Shown here piece by piece: positions 11,031-20,944 of a stretch of DNA of 36,691 nucleotides. Origin of the DNA: Macrostomum lignano (Eukaryota); assembly GCA_002269645.1 (NCBI GenBank), contig NIVC01004731.1, positions 1 through 36,691 on the forward strand, in the 5' to 3' direction. Each line of letters begins with the position of its first letter. Position 1 is the stretch's first letter. Under the pieces are notes generated by a model. The model was given only the letters and a program-made list of their open reading frames with translations, was not told the origin of the DNA and did not search any database. Made by a program: the position numbers and the translations under genes.

Positions 11031-11824
11031 TCAGTCCATCTGCCAGTTACTCAGTAAGCTGTATCAGCAGGTCGTACTGGTTAAAAGGAAAGTCAATTAT
11101 TGTTTTTTCATCTGATTATCAAAATTCACTAACGTTGCCATACCTATTAGAAACATATTGATGTGTATTCCGTATACTGTAATCTTATTATTTAAAATGT
11201 GATTATTTCATAACTTTTATCAATCGTAGGTATTGATTTGAGAGCCCCTACTCTCCTATCCATCCTATGCTATTGTTACTAAAAAATTATTTCCTTATCT
11301 GGCACGGAAAATTTATATCTGTCATTATTATAATTATTGTTGTTCTGTTCGCTGTGCACTACTTAAATTAGTAGAAGCGTGCGAAAGTGTCACTAAAATA
11401 TTTGCTGTTGTTTCTGCTACTCCGATATCGAGTTGAGCTACGGCTCTCAGTTAAGCTCTACTGCATATATTATCTCGATTCTGCTTATTCAGTTTCCTTG
11501 GTGAATATTAGTGCAGTGGCAAACTCTTGAATAGTTTTTGAAGCATAATAATATTGAGAATTTCATTATAAAATTATAATTATTAATAAATTCTGCTCTT
11601 GTGTTAGCCGTAGGGTTTCGCTGACCTATTTAATCATTCAAACCGTGTTGATCTTTGCTAAGAATTAACAGTAGTAAAATTACAAGCATTTTCACTAGCG
11701 AAACCAAGCAATTGTCGCGGGCGGACAGACACCAGCGTAGACACGGTGAAATGACACTGGATCCTCCGGAGCGGTCTGTTTAATAGCAGCAGTCAATCAC
11801 GGTTGTTAATTGTTTATTACACCC

Positions 11825-12075
11825 AATCAACAATCAATAACAATAATTGATTACTTGATTGGCAGATGTGCACCTGAAGGCTGCATACGGCTGTTCAGTC
11901 CAGGGACAGGAGGGGGGTCGCCACACACCCTCAATTACGCCAGCCCAATGCTGGCACCCATTTTACAGCTGGGTAAACCAAAGCAATGCAGAGTTAAGTG
12001 TCTTGCTTAAGGACACGAATTGTGGGACTGGGAATCGAACCCCGGACCTTCAAGTCTAACCACTAGGCTACAACC
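11825..12075 (-). mobile_element. tRNA-derived SINE with a CORE/V/Meta-like central domain
   Basis: On the minus strand: A box tagcctagtgg (12070-12060), B box ggttcgattccc (12041-12030), then gtgtccttaagcaagacacttaac...cccagctgtaaaatgggtgcc. This resembles the conserved SINE central domain (MIR core: gtgaccttgggcaagtcacttaac...ctgtaaaatggg). It ends in an AT-rich simple tail. Confidence 0.8.
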
Positions 12076-12343
12076 CTTCAGTACGAGCTATATCTAGAGC
12101 TGAAATAGGTAAATAAGAAAGTTGCTTGGGGTGTCGTGCGGGGGCTCCCAGCGCTGCCTTCTTGAGTCAGTTTCTGGCAGGGGGGTGACATGAGGCAGCG
12201 GTCAATGAGCGCGATGTTCTTTCAAATAATTTCACCAACTCCCGATCTCTTTCAGCCGGCCGGCCCGCCCAGCTGCTTGGTCAGTCCTCTTGCCATCACT
12301 CAGTTCCATTGATCAGCTATCCGACCAGGGCGGCAGCCGCGCC

Positions 12344-12734
12344 ATGTCTGACGACTCATCCAGCGCCACGTCCGACTCCGACTCTGACTGGGACGCCGCC
12401 ATCAAGTCCGCGGCGGCAAGCGCGGAGCCTCCGCTGCCGCCGCCGCCGCCTCCTCCGGCGCTTCAAAGCCTCAGCAGCGCCGCGGCCGCGGTGCCAGCGG
12501 CGCCAAGCGGGCCCGCCTGCAGTCGTCCAGCAGCGACGAGGACGGCGAGATTCTCGACGACGATGACGATGACGACAATGTGCAGGATGGCGGAGCCGGC
12601 GGCGGCGAGGACGACGACGGTCTGGACGACGATCTGATGGGCGACGCCGAGGACAGGCGCAAGCTGGCCCAGATGACGGAGCGAGAGCGCGAGGAGGAGC
12701 TGTTCCGCCGGGCGGAGAAGCGGGAGGCCATCCG
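12344..12734 (+). CDS. RTF1: RTF1 (PAF1 complex subunit), exon 1 of 5; contains an apparent 1-nt deletion near 12405-12430
   Basis: MSDDSSSATSDSDSDW resembles human SETSDSDDEW. After a -1 shift the frame reads DDDLMGDAEDRRKLAQMTEREREEELFRRAEKREAI, matching [30 protein letters not shown]. Donor CG|GTGAGT at 12735, phase 2. Confidence 0.88.
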
Positions 12735-12740
12735 GTGAGT

Positions 12741-13397
<657 letters not shown>

Positions 13398-13990
13398 GTG
13401 TTGTCTCAGTCTATTCGCATGTATCCGCTATTTGATCTGTATTCGGTCTGACTAGCAGAGCACTTCTGACTAATTTTTCAATCCATTGTTGTCTGCTGTT
13501 TTGCAGGCAGCAGTTTTATCTATACTTGCTCATTGAACGCCTTATGAAGTTCATGCATCAGTAAATGTCAAACTGTATTGTTTTGTTAATGCTCTGAACT
13601 TTTCAAAGCAATGTGTTTACTCAGTTTTTGGCGTTCTTCTCTGGGTCTTTTGTTTCCAATTTCCATCCATTCACTGCAGTGGCGCCATTTGAGTCTGGCA
13701 TGCGCTTCTGTGGCGCCTTCATAGCCCGGGTCTTCGCTCCTGCTGCCTGCCTTGCTTCTTCGCTGACTTCAGTTCTGTCTCTGTGCCACTCAACCGTTCT
13801 GCCTCTCCTCTCCCTTGCGCGGAAAGCTGTAAAAATTTAATCACAGAAGTTTTTCCCTGCATCCGCCCTCACTATTGTCACTAAGCTGCACTATCGGAAT
13901 ATTATTGTGTATTGTATCTCAGCTACAATAGCTGGTAGCTTTTGGTTGCATTCAAATATAGAATTTAGTTTTGTCCAGTCATTGTCTACT

Positions 13991-14450
13991 GACTGACCCA
14001 TACTGATTTCATTGATGACCCACTGACCCATTATGTTTTTATTGATGACCCACTGACCCATCCTGATCTTATGGATGACCCACTGACCCATCCTGATCTC
14101 ACTGATGACCCACTAACCCATCCTGATCTCACTGATGACCCACTGACCCATCCTGATCTCACTGATGACCCACTGACCCATCCTGATCTCACTGATGACC
14201 CACTGACCCATCCTGATCTCACTGATGACTCACTGACCCATCCTGGTTCATTAATGACCCACTGACCCATCCTGATCTCACTGATGACTCACTGACCCAT
14301 CCTGGTTCATTAATGATCCACTGACCCATCATGATCTCATCGATAACCCACTGACCCATCCTGATCTCACTGATGACCCACTGACCCATCCTGATCTCAC
14401 TGATGACCCACTGACCCATTCTGATCTCACTGATGACCCACTGACCCATC
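13991..14450. repeat. 30-bp minisatellite (gatgacccactgacccatcctgatctcact), ~15 copies, RTF1 intron 1
   Basis: Directly visible. Ends 23 nt before the acceptor. Confidence 0.95.
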
Positions 14451-14473
14451 CCCAACAAACTGCCGGCTCCCAG

Positions 14474-15098
14474 ATCCCGGCAGCTCGTGAAGCAGCGGAT
14501 GCGCCAGAAGGAGCGCGAGCAGCAGCACCAGAAGCAGCAGCGGCAGCGCAAGCCGGACGCGCCGTCTTCGGCAGCCTCGGCGGCCGATGCCGTCCCCTCG
14601 GTTGCTGCCGCCTCAGTGGAGCGCAAGAAGGCACTAGACGAGAAGCGTGGCTCCACGAACTCCAAGCTGGAGGCGCTGCGTCAACAGCGCGAGGATCGCA
14701 AGAAGAAGCAACTGCTGAAGGCCTCGGATGTGTTCTCGGACAGCTCCGGCGACAGCGACGATGGCGGAGGCGGCGGCAAGGCGCGGACAAGCGCCAAGCG
14801 GAAGTCCGCGGCCAGCTCAACTTCCTCGTCGTCCTCGTCCTCCTCCTCTTCGTCCAGCGTCGACACGTCCGACGACGAGGGCGGTGCCGTTGAAAGCGCG
14901 GCCCGGCGCAGCAGCGACGATGACGGCGAAGACAGCGAGAGCCAGCGACCGGTAGACTCGCTCGCCCAGCTGGCCAACATCCGGCTGAGCCGGCACAAGC
15001 TGGAGCGCTGGGTGCACATGCCTTTCTTTGCCCGCCTCGTTGTTGGCTGCTTCGTCCGGGTCGGCATTGGCAGCCACCACGACCAGACTGTGTACCGG
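14474..15098 (+). CDS. RTF1: RTF1 exon 2 (start of the Plus3 domain)
   Basis: Acceptor ctcccag|a, phase 2. IRLSRHKLERWVHMPFFARLVVGCFVRVGIG...VYR is the Plus3 N-terminal motif. Donor CGG|GTGAGC at 15099. Confidence 0.93.
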
Positions 15099-15139
15099 GT
15101 GAGCCGCTGCGCTTGGGCCCGGGGAGTCCGGGACTCGGC

Positions 15140-15926
15140 TAGGTTGTTTCCACTCCAGATGTTTCATTTTAGAGCTCCTGGGTCCAGTAGTCTCCAGGCT
15201 AGTTAGTTCCCATTCCAGATGTTTCATTCTAGAGCTCCTTGGCCCAGTCTCCAGACTAGCTACTCCCACTCCAGATAATTAATTCTAGAGCTCCTTGGTC
15301 CAGTCTCCAGACTAGCTACTCCCACTCCAGATAATTAATTCTAGAGCTCCTTGGTCCAGTCTCCAGACTAGCTACTCCCACTCCAGATAATTAATTCTAG
15401 AGCTCCTTGGCCCAGTCTCCAGACTAGCTACTTCCACTCCAGATAATTAATTCTAGAGCTCCTTGGCCCAGTCTCCAGACTAGCTAGCTCCCACTCCAGA
15501 TAATTAATTCTAGAGCTCCTTGGCCCAGTCTCCAGACTAGCTGCTCCCACTCCAGATAATTAATTCTAGAGCTCCTTGGCCCAGTCTCCAGACTAGCTGC
15601 TCCCACTCCAGATAATTAATTCTAGAGCTCCTTGGTCCAGTCTCCAGACTAGCTAGCTCCCACTCCAGATAATTAATTCTAGAGCTCCTTGGCCCAGTCT
15701 CCAGACTAGCTGCTCCCACTCCAGATAATTAATTCTAGAGCTCCTTGGTCCAGTCTCCAGACTAACTACTCCCACTCCAGATAATTAATTCTAGAGCTCC
15801 TTGGCCCAGTCTCCAGACTAGCTACTTCCACTCCAGATAATTAATTCTAGAGCTCCTTGGCCCAGTCTCCAGACTAGCTAGCTCCCACTCCAGATAACTA
15901 ATTCTAGAGCTCCTTGGTCCAGTCTC
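15140..15926. repeat. 56-bp minisatellite (tcccactccagataattaattctagagctccttggyccagtctccagactagctac), ~14 copies, RTF1 intron 2
   Basis: Period 56 measured between 15261 and 15317. It starts about 40 nt after the donor. Confidence 0.95.
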
Positions 15927-16384
15927 TCCAACCAGACGGCGAATCTCTGTCCCAATTGTTATTAAATGCATTGATGCAGCCGGCACTTCTTCATTGTCAA
16001 CGGTAGTGCGTAGTTACCTCCAATCAAATATTTAATTTGTATGCTCAAATTTTGCTTCCCTTCACTAAAAAGGCTCCATTATTTTGAATTTTCGAAATCG
16101 ATACGATCGCAACTAAGCAATGCATCAAAGAAATCAAAATAGTTTAACTGGTGATAGAGCCTAATGGGCTCTGTTATCCACTTACTTACCACTTACTTAC
16201 CACCACTTACTTACTTTATTATTAACTAGATTGAAGCTTGGGATATTGCTTGGCAATCTGGAAATTGAGTCGGAGGAGAGGGAGGAAAACGTAAGGTGAG
16301 GGAGGATTAAGAGTCGAGAGTGCGTCGCAGTCAGTGACAAGAGTCAGAGATTTGAAAATTGGGAGACTGATAGCCAGGAGAGAG

Positions 16385-17400
16385 AATTGGGAGATTGACA
16401 GCCGGGAGAGTGAGAGTCACGAGAGTGACAGCCAGGAGAGAGAGGGTCACGAGAGTGACAGCCAGGAGAATGAGGGTCACAAGAGTGACAGCCGGGAGAG
16501 TGAGGGTCACGAGAGTGACAGCCAGGAGAGAGAGGGTCACGAGAGTGACAGCCAGGAGAATGAGGGTCACAAGAGTGACAGCCGGGAGAGTGAGGGTCAC
16601 GAGAGTGACAGCCAGGAGAGTGAGGGTCACGAGAGTGACAGCCAGGAGAGTGAGGGTCACAAGAGTGACAGCCAGGAGAGTGAGGGTCACAAGAGTGACA
16701 GCCAGGAGAATGAGGGTCACAAGAGTGACAGCCGGGAGAGTGAGGGTCACGAGAGTGACAGCCAGGAGAGTGAGGGTCACGAGAGTGACAGCCAGGAGAG
16801 AGAGGGTCACGAGAGTGACAGCCAGGAGAATGAGGGTCACAAGAGTGACAGCCGGGAGAGTGAGGGTCACGAGAGTGACAGCCGGGAGAGTGAGGGTCAC
16901 GAGAGTGACAGCCAGGAGAGTGAGGGTCACAAGAGTGACAGCCAGGAGAGTGAGGGTCACAAGAGTGACAGCCAGGAGAGTGAGGGTCACAAGAGTGACA
17001 GCCGGGAGAGTGACAGCCAGGAGAGTGACAACCAGGACGGTGACAGCCGGGAAAGTGAAAAAGGGAGAGTGACAGCCGAGAGATTGACAACCGGGAGAGT
17101 GACAACCGGGAGAGGGGAACCGGGAGTGACAGCCGGGAGAGTGCGAGTCTGGGCAGTGGGTATAGCAGTTGCACAGTGTCTGACAATCGGGAGAGTGACA
17201 ACCGGGAGAGTGGCAGCCGGAGAGTGACAGTCGCAGGAGGGACAACCGGGAGAGTGACAACCGGGAGAGTGACAACCGGGAGAGTGGCAGCCGGAGAGTG
17301 ACAGTCGCAGGAGGGACAACCGGGAGAGTGACAGCCGGGAAAGTGACAGCCGGGAGAGTGAGAGTCTGGGGAGCGGGTATAGCAGTTGCACAGTGTCTGA
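16385..17400. repeat. 30-bp purine-rich minisatellite (gagagtgagggtcacgagagtgacagccag), ~21 copies to ~17010, then a degenerate gagagtgacaRccgg tail, RTF1 intron 2
   Basis: Directly visible. Source of the ESEGHESDSQ and VTLVTLTL pseudo-ORFs. Confidence 0.95.
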
Positions 17401-17458
17401 CAATGGCAGTGCTGCTCGCAGTCACCAACTCGCAGCCACCCCCTTTACGCTTGGCCAG

Positions 17459-17752
17459 GTGGCGGAGATCCTGGAGGTGAGCGATCAAGGCGCCCGCACC
17501 TACAGCCTGGGAAACACGCGGACGAACAAAACCCTGCGAGTGCGGCACGCCAAAGACGAGAAGAACTTCAGGATGGAGTTCGTCTCCAACCAGGAGTTCA
17601 CGCCCAAGGAGTTCGAGGCGTGGCGCACCGCCATGCAGGAGGCCGCCATGCCGCTGCCTACCGTGCAGTTCATGGAGCGCAAGGTGGAGGAAATCCGACG
17701 GCACATCAATTATGAGATTAAGGATGACGCTGAGCTGGAGAAGATCATCCAG
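17459..17752 (+). CDS. RTF1: RTF1 exon 3 (rest of Plus3)
   Basis: VAEI...[34 protein letters not shown] matches human VAEI...[34 protein letters not shown]. Boundaries ccag| and CAG|GTGAGT. Confidence 0.95.
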
Positions 17753-17775
17753 GTGAGTTGGGCCCTTCTAAATAG

Positions 17776-17786
17776 AGTCTGTCTGA

Positions 17787-17850
<64 letters not shown>

Positions 17851-17887
17851 GTATGTGTCTTTGTGTTTGTCTGTCTGTCTGTCTATG

Positions 17888-17940
<53 letters not shown>

Positions 17941-17941
17941 G
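17776..17941. repeat. (GTCT)n microsatellite filling RTF1 intron 3
   Basis: Directly visible. Confidence 0.95.
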
Positions 17942-17997
17942 CAAGGCCTTCCAATCCCTCTGCCCCATCCTGGCCCTGCCTCTCCCCCGCACCGCAG

Positions 17998-18261
17998 GAG
18001 AAGCGCCGCTTCGTGAGTCTGTCGGTGAACCCGGCCTACCGCAAGGCGCAGCTGCTGAAGGAGCGCGGCCTCGCCGAGCTGGAGGGCGACCTCGAGAAGG
18101 TGCGCCAACTGCAGGAACAACTGCAGGATGTTGAGGATGAGCAGCGCCGAGTAGAGGAGGCCCGCTCCAAGAAGGTGAACGCCATCTCCGAGGTGAACCG
18201 GAAGAACCGCAAAGACAACCTGGGATTGGCTGAGCAGGCGCTCAAGGAGGAGTACCAGGAG
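17998..18261 (+). CDS. RTF1: RTF1 exon 4
   Basis: EKRRF...NPAYRKAQLLKERGLAE...NAISEVNRKNR resembles human EKERF...NYAMKKTQLLKEKAMAE...SAISYINQRNR. Acceptor accgcag|, donor GAG|GTGAGG. Confidence 0.92.
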
Positions 18262-18289
18262 GTGAGGCCTTCAGGCAGTGCGCTTCAGT

Positions 18290-18970
18290 CATCTGAATCC
18301 CCATCAGCCATCTAAATCCCCATCAGCCAGGTGAATCCCCATCGGCCAGGTGAATCCCATCAGCCAGGTGAATCCCATCAGCCAGGTGAATCCCCATCAG
18401 CCAGGTGAATCCCCATCAGCCAGGTGAATCCCCATCAGCCAGGTGAATCCCCATCAGCCAGGTGAATCCCATCAGCCAGGTGAATCCCATCAGCCAGGTG
18501 AATCCCATCAGCCAGGTGAATCCCATCAGCCAGGTGAATCCCCATCAGCCAGGTGAATCCCATCAGCCAGGTGAATCCCATCAGCCAGGTGAATCCCATC
18601 AGCCAGGTGAATCCCATCAGCCAGGTGAATCCCCATCAGCCAGGTGAATCCCATGAGCCAGGTGAATCCCATCAGCCAGGTGAATCCCCATCAGCCAGGT
18701 GAATCCCCATCAGCCAGGTGAATCCCCATCAGCCAGGTGAATCCCATCAGCCATCTGAATCCCCATCAGCCAGGTGAATCTCATCAGCCAGGTGAATCCC
18801 CATCATCCAGGTGAATCCCATCAGCCATCTGAATCCCCATCAGCCAGGTGAATCCTATCAGCCAGGTGAATCCCATCAGCCAGGTGAATCCCATGAGCCA
18901 GGTGAATCCCATCAGCCAGGTGAATCCCCATCAGCCAGGTGAATCTTATCAGCCAGGTGAATCCCCATCA
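18290..18970. repeat. 18/19-bp minisatellite (gaatccc(c)atcagccaggt), ~36 copies, RTF1 intron 4
   Basis: Directly visible. Fills about 90% of the 744-bp intron. Confidence 0.97.
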
Positions 18971-19005
18971 GACACAACTATTCAATTTCCTACCCGCCGC
19001 CCCAG

Positions 19006-19386
19006 GTGCGCGATCTGGAGTCCCAGGGCGGCGACCCGTTCACCAGGCGCACTACCAGGCCCTCTCTGTGCGGCATCCGTCAGAAGCAGCTGCTCATGCA
19101 GCAGCAGCAGCAGCCCAAGCCAGCCAGCCAGCCCCAGCAGCCCCAGTCTGCCGCTCCCAGCCAACCAGCAGCAGCCGCCGCCCCTGCTGCCGACGCCTCG
19201 GGTACCGGCGCGGACTTCTACGACATCCACAACTTCGACCTGCACATCGAGGTCGACGTCCCGGCGGTGGCCACCCCGGCGGTCTGCCGCAGCAGCCAGG
19301 GCGGCGCCGGCGACCTGCTGGCCCGCAGCGCCAGCGGCCGGTCGCTCAATCTGGACGAGTACAAGCGGCGCAAGGGACTCATCTGA
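19006..19386 (+). CDS. RTF1: RTF1 exon 5 (total ~651 aa)
   Basis: DPFTRR, DFYDIHNFDLHIEV and the terminal SLNLDEYKRRKGLI* are RTF1 hallmarks (human DPFTRR, DLFKVHDFDVKIDL, SLNLEDYKKRRGLI). With one base restored in exon 1 the summed exon length is divisible by 3. Confidence 0.95.
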   Translation: MRDLESQGGDPFTRRTTRPSLCGIRQKQLLMQQQQQPKPASQPQQPQSAAPSQPAAAAAPAADASGTGADFYDIHNFDLHIEVDVPAVATPAVCRSSQGGAGDLLARSASGRSLNLDEYKRRKGLI

Positions 19387-19576
19387 GCTGCTTTGCGGGG
19401 AGGGGCTTGCTTTTATTTATTCTTAACTGCGCACCCTGTAATATTAGTATTAGTTTTTATTACTGACCATAATAATATGCAGTCAGTTGAATATGACAGA
19501 ACTTAACTGCTGCACTGAGGGTGCGGCTCGCGTGCTGAGCTGTTTCAATTCTAACTGTCTAGCTGTCTCCATATAG

Positions 19577-19717
19577 ATGTGCCTGTGTGTCTGTCTGTCT
19601 GTCTGTCTGTCTGTCTGCCTGTCTGCCTGTCTGTCTGTCTGTCTGCCTGTCTGTCTGTGTGTGTCTGTCTGTCTGTCTGTCTGTCTGTCTGCCTGTCTGT
19701 CTGTGTGTGTCTGTCTG

Positions 19718-19756
<39 letters not shown>

Positions 19757-20190
19757 GTGTCTGTCTGTCTGTCTGCCTGTCTGTCTGTGTGTGTCTGTCT
19801 GTCTGTCTGTCTGTCTGCCTGTCTGTCTGTGTGTGTCTGTCTGCCTGTCTGTCTGTGTGTGTCTGTCTGCCTGTCTGTCTGTGTGTGTCTGTCTGTCTGT
19901 CTGTCTGTCTGTGTGTGTGTGTCTGTCTGTGTGTCTGTCTGTCTGTCTGTCTGTGTGTCTGCGTCTGTCTGTCTGTCTGTGTGTGTGTGTCTGTCTGTCT
20001 GTCTGTGTGTGTGTGTCTGTCTGTCTGTCTGTCTGCCTGTCTGTCTGTGTGTGTCTGTCTGTCTTTCTGTCTGTCTGTCTGTCTCCCTGTCTTTCTGACT
20101 GTCTGACTGTGTGTCCGTCTTAGTGTTTATGACTGCCTGTTTGTCTGTCTGTCTGTTGTCTGTCGTCTGTCTGTTGTCTGTCTGTCTGTC
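19577..20190. repeat. Compound (GTCT)n/(GT)n/(GCCT) microsatellite 3' of RTF1
   Basis: Directly visible. Confidence 0.97.
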
Positions 20191-20944
20191 TCATATCCAT
20201 TCACTCACTGAAAACAAGCGCTGTTTACGTGCCAGTGTTCAGTCAATCGAATAACAGGCTTCTCGACCGACTCAATAGCCAGTCATTGTTTGCGATCAAG
20301 GTTCAGGGCTGCCAGGGCAGATGAAGTGGAGTGGGGGTCTGTCCCCGGAACCCAGGCCAGCAGTCGGCTTTGTCTTGCAGCTGTGTTGCTACAAAAATAG
20401 TTCAGAGTTCAGCGATCCGCGAGTTCTCCGCCCTGCAGAAAAACCAGTTTTTGTCCGATAGATTTTTCCGCTTCGTCCGATGCCCCAGCTTTCTGTTTGG
20501 TCCGTGACAGCCCGCGCGAGGCTGGAGTCAGTTTGTCATGGCTAATGCCGGATGTTTGTTTCAGTCGTTTTTTACGAATCAAGTTGTCAATCAGTGTGTG
20601 TTTGTCATCTCCAGCGTCGGCCCAGTCTCCCTGTCCATCAGTTTGTATTTTGCATTTTTTCATATTTTTAATAAATTACCTTAAGCTTTATAAAATTAGT
20701 GAATCTATCAGCCCCCCCCCCTAAATTTTCTTTATTCTGTCCCTGTGTACAATTCTTGGCTCGATCTGCTGCGTTAGAAACTTCGCACTGATGACAGACC
20801 CCCTTGCTAAGTGACTGCTTAAAGCTGATTAATTATCTATTAATTACATGTGTTGGCTCGTGCTCTGTTCGACTGGCTGAATTATGCGATAGATCAGACC
20901 TTCGCTTTTGTTTTTTTGATTGTCTGTTTGCTTACCTGTGCTTT

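Noticed and set aside
12000-12075. tRNA gene on the minus strand
   Set aside because: A and B boxes are present, but the anticodon arm is truncated and the sequence runs into a SINE central domain, so it is a SINE head.
20333-20803. 11-bp inverted repeat gggggtctgtc / gacagaccccc about 460 bp apart (possible MITE)
   Set aside because: It does not extend in either direction and has no target-site duplication. It is plausible by chance near GTCT-rich DNA.
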